From: Malacoraja senta
Lineage: Eukaryota
DNA length: 60,000 bases
Assembly (NCBI GenBank): GCA_038087875.1
Contig: CM076001.1
Coordinates: 1,366,001-1,426,000, forward strand
Direction: 5' to 3'
Position 1 is the first letter of the stretch. The number at the start of each line of letters is the position of its first letter. Under the pieces are notes generated by a model that saw only the letters and a program-made list of their open reading frames with translations, searched no databases and was not told the origin of the DNA. The position numbers were made by a program, and so were the translations under genes. Positions 26,473 to 38,899 of this stretch are shown here, piece by piece.

Positions 26473-26636
26473 GAAAGAAAAACATTCAATTTAGTTTTAT
26501 GCAATGAAATATGGCTCAACTCACTCCAAGTAAAGTCAATCTTTAGTTGTGAACAATGAGGAAAACAACAGTATTATACAATCATAAATAATACATGTTT
26601 GAAAGCAAAAATAATTAATGATATTCATTAAATATC

Positions 26637-27354
26637 GGATGGCACCACCAGCATCGGCTGCCTCACCAACAGTCTCTCTATCCTTTATAGTGTTTTTATT
26701 ATTTTAAGTATGTTTAAAAGTATGTTTTAGTGTTTCTTGGTTTGTTTTATGTGGGGGGTGGGCGGAATTGGGGAAAACTTTTTTCAATCCCTTACCTCGA
26801 CGGAGATGCGATTTTTCTCCGTATCGTATCTGCATCCCCTCTGCGGCCTAACATCGTGGAGTGGTGCAGCCTTTCCTGAAGACCAGCCCGGCGCTTCAAG
26901 CCGCGGGGCCTGTGGACTTTAACACCGTGGAGCTTGCAATCCTTTGCCGAGGATCGACTGTGAAAGAGCTCCAACCGTGGGCCTGTGGACTTTAACACCA
27001 TGAAGCTCGCGGTCTCCGGTAAGAAGAGGCCAACTCGGGAGCTCCATGCTGCAGAGAGTTCCAATCCATCCCGACGCAGGGGTATCGACCATCCCGACGC
27101 GAGGACTTGGACATGCGACCATCGGCAGCGGCGACTGCTGATGGTTCAACAGTCCCGACCACGGGTGAATAAAGAGAAAGACGATTGAACAGTGAGGAAT
27201 GTGGATTCCGCTGTGGTGGATGTATATGTTAAATTTTATTTTATGTGGCTGTGTGTCTTGTTGCGTTTTACTTAGTTTGGCTGTATGGTACCTCAAATTT
27301 CACTGTACCTTAATTGGTACATGTGACAATTAAATTGAATCTTGAATCTTGAAT
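26637..27354 (+). mobile_element. Non-autonomous LINE-tailed (SINE-like) element
   Basis: CpG-rich body with an internal direct repeat (gcctgtggactttaacacc twice); 3' end tttcactgtaccttaattggtacatgtgacaattaaa plus (ttgaatc)n tail. Confidence 0.6.
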
Positions 27355-27429
27355 TGTCATCCAAATGTTATTCTTGAACATAAACATAAAAGTTGGCTTC
27401 TTGCATTAACAAAAACATTTTACTGTGTA

Positions 27430-28090
27430 TACTTTGAGTTTCGGCATGTACGATTACTTAATAGATTCTAGTATCTTGTATTTAATTGCAATGGCACTTG
27501 ATGCCATTGATCAGATTGATGATATCCCTGCAGTTCTGGCACACGGTGCTTGCTGTTTACCTTGAAGACAGTTCCTACAAGCATCTCACACATGATTGTT
27601 GTGGTGGTAGAAACTTGATTCTTTGCCATCCCAATGCCAAACCCTATTGTGCCATCAGTGACTTGGCCACAATGGAGAACACACCACCATTAGTATTTCT
27701 GTGGACCTGTACCCTGCTGACATCATAGATCCCAGCAAATTCCTTCATGGTCTGCAGTGCTGTCTCCTCTCTGCTGGCTATTGTGCATGCCCCTTCAAAT
27801 GTTAGGCCCAGTTTGTCAAACAGTTTTGCCTGAATTATTTTCATATGCCAGGCGACAAATCAGTGACTGATTTAAATATGTCTGAAAATTGCACCTTTCA
27901 GACACTGCCTTGTGCCTGACCATGTGTTTGCCAACCAGTTCCATCAGCCTGTAAGCGTACACTCTAAACTTACAATTCACTGACAACTTTGAAGGCGATA
28001 AATTAAAATGTCTCTCCAGAGTTTCAACAGTATCCATGTGAACGCCTCGTCCATATTTACCAGTGCTACTAAACTCACTCTAGTCTCATA
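27430..28090 (-). mobile_element. Ty3/Gypsy gag relic
   Basis: ETLERHFN..AVSERCNFQTYLNQSLICRL and IQAKLFDKLGLTFEGACTIA resemble Gypsy gag capsid-region motifs; heavily mutated. Confidence 0.6.
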
Positions 28091-28399
28091 TGACTGAATG
28101 GATCTATAGACCAGTCTGGGACTTGGCTGGGGAGGGGAATTCAGGAGGAGGGTGTTGAATAACAGGGAGATATAAAATGGGGGTTGGCTGGGAATTCATT
28201 GTTGAGATTTGTTAGGGAGAGGGTGTACCGTTTAAGAGAGGGTATTGCAAACCACAATATTCATCCCATTTTATTGAAACACATCCTTCCTCCTACGTGA
28301 CTGACATGGAAAACCTTCCTGACTTCTCAGCTGTGTCCCTATTTGGGGTAAAGATGATTATGAGGCCATTCTGCACACCAAAGGAGGACATGGCCAAGA

Positions 28400-28660
28400 A
28401 ATATCTCCAAGGGATTGCCTATCAGTCAGGGAGGAGCAAACATTGCAGGTGAGCAGCATGGATGTGGCCTGAGACAGCTTTCCCAGCATGGTACAAATGC
28501 ACACAAGTCCTTGGAACTAGCCAAAGACCCATCCTGCTCAATTCAGTCAGGTGTTACCCAAGCCCATCATTGAACAGCAAGCAGCACATGTTGCACATGC
28601 AAAATATCTGGGCTTATGCCCTGTCACATGCTGCGGCCCATGATTGTGCTTCCAATATAA
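28400..28660 (+). pseudogene. Very degraded HARBI1-like Harbinger transposase relic
   Basis: TAFPAWYKCTQV resembles AGFPxVxGAIDCTHV; downstream atcattgaacag and cacatgttgcac resemble IIEQ and CMLH motifs. Confidence 0.35.
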
Positions 28661-28859
28661 TGGAATCCTTTGAGCATGTACTATATCTATGAGGAGCAAG
28701 CAATGGGAAACCAGTGAATCTGCTTCAGTCGGAATATTTGGAAGGCTTTGGGTGTGGAACAAGGTTAGACCATGGAATATGAAGTCATCTATTCTCAAGT
28801 AGATCCTTCTCAAGTAGGTGGGCTGTGACTTGTGGTATATCACAAGAATTAGTGCATGG

Positions 28860-29625
28860 GCTCTGTATATTCACAATCTTATTTCGGACAAGGGTAAAGT
28901 AGGAATATTTTCAAGTCTGCAGCTAAATGCAAAACAAAATGAGAATGTGAGAACTAATGAACATGCAAAGAATATTCAAAGGGATATGGCCAAGTTATTT
29001 GAGTGAGCAACAACATGCCAGATCGTGTTCAATGTGGAGAGGTGTAAGTATTGGTATTGGTTTATAATTGTCAGGTGTACCGAGTTATAGTGAAAATGTT
29101 ATCCGTGTCTTCAAATAAACACAACAATTCTGTATTTTCGAAATTGGGAAAAGTTGATCTTCGAAGGGATCTCAGTATACGTAAACAGCAATGGAGGTGC
29201 AACAAACAATTGTGATGGTAAATGGACATTTTGGCCTTTATTGCAAAAGTATTTGGGTATATGAGAAAAGATGTCTTAATGCAATAATATAGGGTCTTGG
29301 GGGAGACCACAACTGGAGCACCTGTTCAATTTTGGTCTTGTTATCCAACAAAAAACTTCCAATAGAAAGTGCGCAGCAAAGATTCACCACACTGTTTCCT
29401 GGGACAGCGAGTCTACATATGGGACTGAATAAACTAAGCCCCTAAAAGTTTAGACGAATAAGAGGTAATTTCATGAAATATACAAACTCTTGAGAGTGCT
29501 TGGCAGAATAGATGTTTTTCCCAACAAAGGAGTTCAGAACTGTGGACTACATTCCCAGAATAGGAGATACCATTTAAAACTTAGAGAAGGGGAAAGTTTT
29601 CAAAGGGTGGTGAACCCTCCCAATT
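28860..29625 (+). mobile_element. Old CR1 LINE fragment with a small antisense LINE-tail insertion near 29050-29100
   Basis: NIQRDMAKLFE (cf. LQRDIDRLSEW); aaatggacattttggcctttattgcaaaag; gagaccacaactggagcacc (RPQLE). Confidence 0.75.
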
Positions 29626-31249
29626 TTTTGTATACATTGCATGTGTTAGCACAATGCAAATTTAATGTTTATGATAATTAGCAATGTGTGCAGTAATTTG
29701 TTTCTGCTAGTATAAAGAATTAACAAGTATTTTATCAAATATTTTAACAACATTTTGCAGTCTAGAAAAACTCATGAGATATTTTTAAGCATGTTACTGT
29801 GCGGCAAATAAAGTCATGATTATAAATGTTTGCCATCATTGTCAATTTATGTGCAAAATTCCTCTCAAACCATTAGATATTTATGTTTGACAACCTGCAA
29901 CTACATGTGAATTATTTGATGTACAATGGCTCTACCGTGAGTAATTGAAAGAGTGAACTAAAGCCTGATCTGGGAAAGATTAAAGGTGGAATTCTGTAGA
30001 CATTAGTGGCATAGAGAGAATATGGTTAGTGCTGGTTTAAAGTGAAAACTCAATAATGCCGGTACTCAAACTGCTATTAAAAGCATCATGCTTGTTAAAA
30101 GCTCTAAAAAGGCAGGAAGTCAGTGAATGAAATACAGCTTCTTCACCAATTACCGAAGGGAAAGTGCACACCTTAAAGCAGTCTTTGTACTGTCATACCC
30201 GAATCTCCTTTCTCCTGCAGCAGACCATTGAGTAGGTACATTAACGATCAGAAATAAGGTTTACAGCACGGCACCAAGTTCACTTCTCGTTTGTTGTTTG
30301 CGACCCATTTACACTTTAATAACTGCACAGAGAAGCCACTAAATGATGCTCTTCATCCTTTCATTCAACCACTTGTTTTTGTGATTTTTTTTATCCAGAA
30401 GATATCATCAATAAAGTGTACTCTTTTCAAAGACTAATGTGCATCCACCTGGTAAAAACTCTTTTTCTTTCAAATCAACCCACTCACTTCTTTCTCTGTC
30501 ACTCTCCATTTCCCCCCTGCATTGTTTAAACAACACTTCATCAAATATAGCCTGAGGCATGGGGAAAAAAATCACAGAAGACAACATAAAAAGTATAAAA
30601 ATCACAAACTGGATGCTCAGAACCTTTGTCTGCTTCCCCAGACTGGGGAATTATTATTCAGTTGGTAGTTCATAAGCGAGAGGGTAGATAGCAAAGCTTG
30701 TTGTTCACAAAATGGATTACTGCTCTCATTGCTTTTCACTCCTTTAGGCTCTCAAGGGTCCACTGATTGCAACAAAGTGTGGCCATCTATTCTGTCTTAT
30801 TGACAAAGACCCTTAATTACCACAGCAGCAGTAATACCTGCTATTAAATTCTGCTAAATAGAGCTGCAAATTAGCTGTGGATCTTGGTAACCTTTTGTGT
30901 GTGTGTAATTATAGAGAATTGGATTGACAGTGGGTCCAGGTAACTGACCCAGGTCATAACAGCAGAAGAAGCCCTTCGTTTTATTGACAGTAGCAAGGCT
31001 AAAACTGTAAAATTAGAAGTGCGCAGTCAGCTCAGTGTGCAACAGGCAACATGAGCCCGTCATAATTATGGTGGTTTATGTAATTGCATTTAAAACTAAC
31101 AGACACAAATCCAAACCCTGAACATTGTAAAAAATGCCAGGCCAGTATTTTGCTGGTGTTTCACATGGTTTCCACAATCATTTTGTAACTTCAAAACATT
31201 TCAATCCCGTGCTATGAAGAAGCACCAACAGGATTGTTTGCACAGTAAA

Positions 31250-31623
31250 TGCCAGTGCTGGTGTGCGTCCATGGAGTAAATAGTACCAAAATGTACCTTT
31301 TGGCATAGTTACCTGAATTAATCACTACCTTTAGAGTCAGGTCGGGAGGAGTTCCCCCCGCTACGGGTACCATGTAATACCATGCTACCTGTTCCATGGT
31401 CGGATAGTCGGCGATTAAATCGTCTCCCCCACCTGGTTTGCCAGGTGAGGAGGGGTCTGTGGACCCCCAGCAGGACCAAAAATAAGACCTGTCAAAGGTG
31501 GATGAGCTCCTAGCAAGCCACCGGCCATCCACACTTCAGTAGAAGTTGCGATCACTGTCGCACATAGCATTGTAAGGCACCAGGCCCATTGATGTTTTCA
31601 ACGATGATGATGATGATGATGAT
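31250..31623 (+). mobile_element. Probable short non-autonomous retroposon with (GAT)n tail
   Basis: CpG-richer segment ending in (gat)7; 5' boundary uncertain. Confidence 0.4.
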
Positions 31624-31637
31624 TTAGATACACTTAA

Positions 31638-32200
31638 CCGAGGATTCCTCTCCACCATGATTACCAGGGCATTCGACCATGCACTCAACACTCCCCTGGT
31701 CCTCATCTTCTGCCCTACCAGCCTCCACATCCAACTGATCATACTTAAGGATTCCCACCATTTCCTCTGAGATCCCATTACATTCCCCTCCCTAATACTT
31801 CTGTATTCCCAGGGAACCATTCCCTCTTTAACAACTGGTCTACTATTCATTCACCACCATCATTTATACAACTCCTTCCTTTCCGAGTGCATTTTCCCAT
31901 CCAGGCAGACCACGTTCGCTCATCACTAGCCAGTGTTCCAACCGCTCTATCCCTCCAGGTGAAGGAGCATTGAAGTTCTTTAAAATAAATGTCTGTTTGT
32001 TGCTCACGATGCCATCTCATCTATGGTGAGATGTGGAACACAGATCAGCCAATTATAATGGGGAAGTCTACCGCTCAGTGCCCAAGTCTACCGCTCTGTC
32101 CCCACCTCAGCTCTCTATCGTCAACCTCTGCACTTTGTAACAAGGGTTAACTTCATCTTTTTATTAGGTATTAGACATTTTAAACTTAACAATTTAGAGT
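31638..32200 (+). mobile_element. Penelope-like element relic (RT thumb/linker and GIY-YIG endonuclease)
   Basis: RGFLSTMITRA; PLVLIFCPTSLHIQLIILKD..*DPITFPS (cf. PLVLTFHP..IQxIILRHF..DP..IFP); VCCSRCHLIYGE (cf. CxxCxxxYIGET). Confidence 0.75.
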
Positions 32201-32589
32201 AATTTCCTGTCAAAATCCTTCCTCATAATGTTCACAGACACTATTTTTTGGTAATGTTCATGCAGTTGAATATATCTATTTTCCAGATCCTTCTCTTGGT
32301 CCTTTACTTGTATAATTACTTATCATGTGCTTGTTTTATTGCACCGCCATTCTCTCTGTTAACCAGTCCTATGACCCACTCTGCACACACAAGAACACAA
32401 GAAAACAGAAGCAAGAGTTGGTCATCAGGCACTTCAAGCCAGTCTCACCATGGCTGATCTATGTTGGCCACTTCTGTGCCATTTCTCCATACCCCACTAC
32501 ACCACGATCTATCATATATTTATCCACCCTCTGCAAGAAGACATGTTAATGCTGTTCAGTTTTAAATGATGGATCACGTATCTTTTAGT

Positions 32590-33165
32590 TTGTATTGTAT
32601 TGTATTGTATCTTTATTGTCATTTCCTGAGTATTCGCATACCCAGAGGAAACAAAAAAACATTCCTCAACCAGTGTCCATTTCAGTGTGCAGTAAAAAAT
32701 AAATAGAAGTAAAAATACATATATCATGAACAAATTAACACTCTACTCTACTAAACATCAACAGGCGTTCCGATCAGCAGCGGCACGACAGTGACTCTGC
32801 TGCAGTGTGTCCAGGTTGGTGGTTGGTGCACGATACTTTGGCAGGGGACAAAGTCCGTTTATCAGTCTTATAACCTGCGGGAAGAAGCTGAGGAGCATCC
32901 TGCTGGTTTTGCACCTAATGCTCCGGTACCTCTTCCCAGATGGCAGGATGGAGAATATGTGATGCGATGGGTGGTAGGGGTCTTTGATGATGGAGATGGC
33001 TCTGCTGATACATCTCTTCCTGTATATGTCCAGCAGGAAAGGGAGTGGAGCACCAGTAATCCTGCTGGCGGTCTTCACAATCCTGTCTAGTTGGTGCCGT
33101 TCGTACGCCTTGCAGCTCCCGAACCAGGAAGTGATGCCGTAGGTTAATGTGCTCTCGATTGTGCC
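32590..33165 (-). mobile_element. Rex1/Babar LINE 3' fragment, flanked by older CR1 remnants
   Basis: KTASRITGAPLP..IIKDPYHPSHHIFSILPSGKRYRS..SFFPQVIRLIN; (caata)n tail; adjacent CR1 relic YLESCVQFGSPYIKKD at about 33190-33300. Confidence 0.92.
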
Positions 33166-33343
33166 TTGTTCAAGACAGTTTGTGCCTTGTTCAAGACTCT
33201 CCTACCTTCGAAAACATCCGAGCACCTGCTCTGATCTTTTTTAATGTAAGGGGACCCAAACTGTACACAAGATTCCAAGTAAGACCTCATTATACAAACA
33301 ACACCCTGTACACGCTCCAACCCCTTTGCAACGTAGATCAAAA

Positions 33344-33470
33344 TGGTTTAGTTTAGTTCAGAGATACATTGCGGCAACAGGCCCTTCGGCCCACCGGGTC
33401 TGCACCGATCCCCGCACATTAACACTATCCTACACCCACTAGGGACAATTTCTACATTTAACATTGGAGG
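33344..33470 (-). mobile_element. HE1-type SINE 3' fragment
   Basis: tttagtttagttcagagatac...caggcccttcggcccaccgggtc...acactatcctacacccactagggacaattt matches the 3' half of the SINE at 17003. Confidence 0.75.
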
Positions 33471-33789
33471 AAGCATGGGGGAGAAGGCACAACTTTCGAC
33501 CATGCACGAGTTTGACTACGAGCAAGATCAACATGTTCTTAAACAAGAAGTAGTTTGGATGAATATCTTACTGTTTTTACTACGACAATAAAGAAACTAT
33601 TAATTAAGAGACTGTGTTTAGAAGATTTATCTTTGGACGGCTTTGAATGTCTCGTGGAGAGCTCGCATGCGTATCGAAATTATCTCCTTACACCGGTCTT
33701 CAATCATAGTGGCTAGAGTGGCTAGATATAATAATCTGCCATTACATCTATATGATACCAGCTGTGCATCCTAGTCAGGCATCCCAATG

Positions 33790-35150
33790 TTGGCCATCAA
33801 TAATAGCACAGAAGCGTTTAAACAGGTCAAATAGAAGGTTAAACTGCATTTCTGTGGAGTTGTACAACTGAGGCAGGAAGCTGACATGATTGGCAACATA
33901 GAATTGAGAGAGCCAAGAACGGGAGAGATTATCAAAGATAGACGGGCTATCAATGCCCACTGGAAAGAAGATTTCAAATAATTGCACAACCAAGTTTCTA
34001 AGCTTGACACCTTTTCTTGACTCCATCCCACAGCACACTATCCAAATCAAGCAAGGATGTCTCATTGCTGCAGCACTTTTCTCAATCTTTCTCACTGCCT
34101 TACCGTACCTCACCTCCAACAAGTTTCCCAATAAAATGGAGAATTGTTCAACTCATGATGTCTCCAGTCCAGAACCTTAGTCATTGAACTTAGCATCTGG
34201 AAGAAACCTGCATATCCATACAGTTGGAAACCAATATCTAAGTTATCATCAACTCATGAGAATAGGCCCTCAGCATCAGCAAATCAAAGGACCTCTACCA
34301 ATCTGTCCCTGCTGCACCACACCATCACCCAACAACATAGGGCAGTTATAGGATTTGGAAGATCTGGACCACTTTTCATATCTCAGTAAAAGCAGAATGA
34401 TGAAATCCACAATCAATTTCAGTGCATCACCACATTCTCCGGCTATCTGAAGAAATCACTAAAGGGCCTGTCCCACTTGGGCGTCATTTGCGCGTCATTT
34501 ACGCAACAGGCTGGTAGTGACTGACACGCGACTATCGTGCGCAAATCATACGTCAGCACGGCTGTCTGGTGCGCTTGACGTCATTAAAATACCCTGCTTC
34601 CCTATTCTGCATTATGACCATCATGGAAGAACTACAGAATTTATTGCTACAGCAACAACAGAGACTTCTGTTAGCAGCAGCCCTCATACTTACAGATCAG
34701 CCAGGCAGGAGTACAACAAGAAAGGCTAGCAAGAAACCCAGGAAGTGGTCTGTGTGGACGAGGTTAGAGGTTACATGACGCGTAAAAGGCAGGCCGACTG
34801 CGTATGGACGGCGCACGGCGTCGCATGTTTACGGACGTTGACGCACGGTGATGTCACCACGCAATACACGTGCGATGTCAACGTGCAACGCCAATGCATC
34901 AGCGTGCGTAGCCAATGCATCAGCATGCGTAAACGATACGTCACGCAGGTGGCGCGCGAGGATTTCGGTACACTATGAAATCCTGGAGCGCCGCACGATA
35001 CCGCGCGCCACTACGTGCGATTCCACACCTCACCATGCGCGCATCACCCACGCGTCATGACGCGTCGACCAATTTTCTACATGACGCGTAAATGAGGCGC
35101 AAATGACGCCCAAGTGGGACAGGCCCTTAAGACTTCAAACCAGTTGCAAG
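33790..35150 (+). mobile_element. RTE-clade LINE relic interrupted by a MITE
   Basis: IIKDRRAINAHWKEDF; LDSIPQH; IKQGCLIAAALFSIFL (cf. VKQGCVLAPTLFSI); LEDLDHFSYL; appears to resume after 35130 (gacttcaaacca). Confidence 0.75.
34463..35127. mobile_element. PIF/Harbinger-type MITE (internal-deletion derivative)
   Basis: 42-bp TIRs agggcctgtcccacttgggcgtcatttgcgc(g/c)tcatttacgc with one mismatch; TAA TSD at 34460-34462 and 35128-35130. Confidence 0.95.
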
Positions 35151-35460
35151 ATATATTCACACTCCACAATAATTCTCAAACAGTAGGAGGATTGGAGTCT
35201 GAAGAGGGATATATCATGAAATTCAACAAGGTAGAATCATATCTGATGATATGAAACAAGATCATCCACATTTTAAATGCCAAGACTTGGATGTCAATCT
35301 GGTGATCATTTTGGAAAGATGGTTTCAAATTCTAGAGGAAAGCTTGAAAGGGGCAACCTGTCCATGTCAAAGACATTGATCGTTTAATTCCTAAGCAGGA
35401 TGTGGGCATTGTATGTCTGGAATTGTCCTTGAGAAAGTGAGCCAGAGGCTTGAACCCTGG

Positions 35461-35589
35461 TCATAAGTGATAGGAGCTGAATTAGGCCATTCAGCCCATC
35501 GTCTACTCCGCCAAGGCTAATCTACCTTTCCCTCTTAACCCCATTCTCCCGCCTTCTCCCCATAACCCCTGACACCCATACTATTCAAG
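35461..35589 (-). mobile_element. CR1 3' end (left part, split by the DIRS insertion)
   Basis: Closely similar to 11319-11455. Confidence 0.9.
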
Positions 35590-35817
35590 AATAGTAAGAT
35601 TAAACGAGAACTTACCAGTTTGAAGTTTGATCTTTATTTTATGAGGAGTTACGTTGGTGATTACGTGAAGAACCCCGTCAGGGCGCATGCGCGTCAATCT
35701 TCAAAGCAGCGGTATGAAATCACGACAAAACCATAATTGAAGTAACATATTAAGATGATCAACATGAGAACTACCATTATGACCTTTTTTCTATGAGAGA
35801 GGGTTGGGCGTGGCGGG

Positions 35818-35929
35818 CACGTAATCACCAACGTAACTCCTCATAAAATAAAGATCAAACTTCAAACTGGTAAGTTCTCGTTTAATCTTACTATTTTACT
35901 TTGGAGTCACGTGAGTGACTACGTGAAGA
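35818..35929. repeat. DIRS internal complementary region (ICR)
   Basis: 35818-35895 complementary to 35590-35667; 35893-35929 complementary to about 40372-40408. Confidence 0.93.
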
Positions 35930-36137
35930 TTTTAAAGCTCTGTGATTTTTATGCCGCAGATCAAAATCCCGGCTTCTCACTGCATCGATTGACTGAGTAT
36001 CATCAATAATGCTGTAAACATGACATTGCATATCATGCAAAACAAAACAGTTTTATTTTTGGTCATAAAACAACCAATAAACCCTCTTAATGTAGGGCAA
36101 CAAACGAAACAGAATGAAACAGTATTGAAAACAGACT

Positions 36138-37131
36138 TTAAACAATAGCAACAGCACTCAATATTGAGTTGGCAAACAGCCCTCCATCGGCAATCGGCCG
36201 ATGGTAGTATTGCTGAAACACAAGTTCATTTTTCCAACATGCGGCTTTTAATATATGGTCGATGGGAACGTCCATCGCCCTGGCCGCGGATGTTGCTACT
36301 GCGCTAGTGGAATGAGATGTAAACACATAAATGTTAATTCCTGCCTGAACCAACTCTTGCTTTAACCACCTTGAGATAGTCTGAACTGCCACTCTTTTAT
36401 GTTGGCTTTTTGTAACTGACAAATAATCCTGTTTCTTGTCTTAAAGCCCTTGTGGCTTCAATGTAATGTAACAAATGTGTCCTTACACATAAACATGGAG
36501 CTGTAGGATATGCTGAGAACACAATCTTAAAACCTTGTCACACCTGGCCTGCTTTGTTTGAGCAGGTCAGAATATAAAACAGAACATTCTCTGTATTCAC
36601 TTCCATTCTCTCGAACTGAAGTTTTTTGGAAAGTCTGCACTCTCTGTACTGACACCAATACCATTAGCATAGCCAATTTCATGGTTAATTTTAACAAAGT
36701 TATAGCCGTGACAGGGACCCAATGACGAAGTATGTTACGAACAACGCTTACCTCGCAGATTACCATATACCTAGGCTTAGGCGGTTTGGAATTAGATTCC
36801 TTTCATCAACCTAGATATGAGAGGGTGAGAACCTATACTTTGTGTCCGTGTACCTATTACAAGATATGCGGACAAAGCACTTCTAGCTGTATTGATAGCA
36901 GTATAGCTAAGACCTTCATCATAATAAAGTGTAGATAAACTCTAACATATTTTCAATAACTACAGTATCATATTGAATATTATTTTGAACACAATATTGT
37001 TCCCTTTTTTTTTTTTTTTTTCCATAAGTCATATACTGTTTTTGAGTACTCTTTCTCCAGACTGCAGCGAGTATATACACCGTTGGCCTAGAAAGTCCTC
37101 GACCAATGTAAGGCATTCTTGAAACCTGCAA
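36138..37131 (-). pseudogene. DIRS tyrosine recombinase, disrupted
   Basis: AVWRKSTQKQY; LAMLMVLVSVQRVQT; QTISRWLK..FTSHSTS (HSTR variant)..ILKAACW..FQQYY. Confidence 0.9.
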
Positions 37132-37139
37132 ACTAACAG

Positions 37140-38790
37140 ATCCATACCATCACATAACGGATGAACTTAATGCGTTACTGGATGCTCCAGCAAATTCCTA
37201 CTGTTTGGAATCAGCAAAAAGAGGTTGGATCGCTATCTGTAACATCAAAGGGAACCATGGTTGAATCAGGCAATTTGGTATCACCAAAACCCCTGAAGCG
37301 GCATCCTGCTTGATTTTCTCAAACACCGACCTATGAGGCAGAATGGTGGGAAAATGTACACAAACATATCATCCCAATTTAGTGAAAAAGCATCAATTGC
37401 CACTGCCCCTGGATCTGGTGCCTATGAAACATATTTTGGCCTTCCATATAGAAGTACTATGTTCTTGAACACATCCTGGTTCCACATCCACTCTGTGTTA
37501 TGATGGAATTTTCGTGAGCTGCCATCTGGTACTACATTAAGTTTCCCTGGCAGATAGATAGCTCCAATCCAAATCTCTCTATCCCTACTCCAGGTCCAAT
37601 TGTATTTGCCAACCTGTCACATGATAACGATTTGATTCCACCCATGTGATTCATATCAGCAACTGCTGCAGTGTTGTCTATTTTGCACTGCACATGCAAA
37701 CTAGTTTAGTTAGTGCCATAAGCCGTGAGTCCATAAAATACTCTTGGTTAATTCCCCATGTATGCAGAAGCAATGTTCATCTGTCTCCACAGCTGGATCT
37801 TGTATCAGTAGCACCCTACCCAAGTGCTCTGACATCTGTCTGCAAATCATGGAAGCTTGGTCCAATAACACTTTGGAACTACTAGTGGACACATGCTGAA
37901 TCCACCATTGTACATCAGCAACAGCCTCTATTGATAGAAGCATAGGTCTATTATAATGACCCCAATGTATCCTCAATGCTTGTTCCTTTGACCTTTGTAA
38001 TTGTAGATAATAAAGTGGCCATATTGAACTGCTGGAAATGCTGCCAGCCATTACCACAGCAGTCTTGTCAGCTGGCTAATTGTAAGGCTGTGTGTTAGCA
38101 ATTAACTTGATATAGCTCTTAATTAGCTCTACCCTTTTTTGCCTGGGCAAGGTCACAATGATGTTGATTAAGTCCATTGTGAACCCAACTAGTCAATTTG
38201 TGTCACAGGTATAAATTTAGATTCCTCAGAATAGCTTATAAAGCCCAATTAAAAATTGGTTTTTACCAACTGCCACTGATGCTTCAGCTGTTTCCTTTGA
38301 TTGTCCTACAATCAAGATATTATCTAGCTAAGCCATGAGGACATGACCTTGACTTCTCATCATGCCTAGAATAGGTTTTAACAACTTTGTAAACCCTCTA
38401 GGAGCTGAAGACAAACCATTAGGCAGTGGATTGTATTGGCATAATTCCCCATCCAGCTGAATTTTAAATCTTCTATCCTGCAAATGAACAGACACTGAAT
38501 CCGCATCTTTAAGATTTCCTTCACAAACGTTTCCATCTTAAAATGTCTATACCGTACAAAAGGGTTAAGCCTATTCAGGTCTGTATAATTCTGCATCCCC
38601 CCATCCTTTTTTGGTCTGGGAAAGATATTGGACACAAACTGATGGCTTTGGTAAACTGCCTTAGCAATTACACCTTTATTACATAAGCTTGCAAGTTCCA
38701 GCTGAACTTCCAATTATTCAGTGATACTGAAGTCAATCTCCTTTTTTGGAACATGTTGCATGGGTAAATCAGAATTTGCATTTAAGCTTT
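37140..38790 (-). pseudogene. DIRS pol (RT, RNase H, methyltransferase-like domain), disrupted
   Basis: FVSNIFPRPKKDGG, DLNRLNPFVRYRHFKMET, LPNGLSSAPRGFTK, MA*LDNILI (YLDD variant), YLPGKLN, PDPGAVAIDAFSLNW..YIFPPF, QPWFP. Confidence 0.9.
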
Positions 38791-38899
38791 ATTCGATGCC
38801 CTTGAATAACCTTCAGTATAAACATATCTGAGGTAAACATTTAATTGTATCACATTAGATCTGTCTACATGAGAACCAGACCCTCTTACCTCCTTACCA

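Noticed and set aside
30385..30460. Possible short exon (tttttatccag...ctg|gtaaaa)
   Set aside because: Splice-like signals only; peptide unrecognisable and no partner exons identified
31330..31480. HDV-like ribozyme in the (GAT)n-tailed element
   Set aside because: Could not fit the nested double pseudoknot (P1, P1.1, P2, P3) by eye
33475..33695. Small MITE with inverted ends
   Set aside because: The inverted similarity is too weak and no TSD is evident
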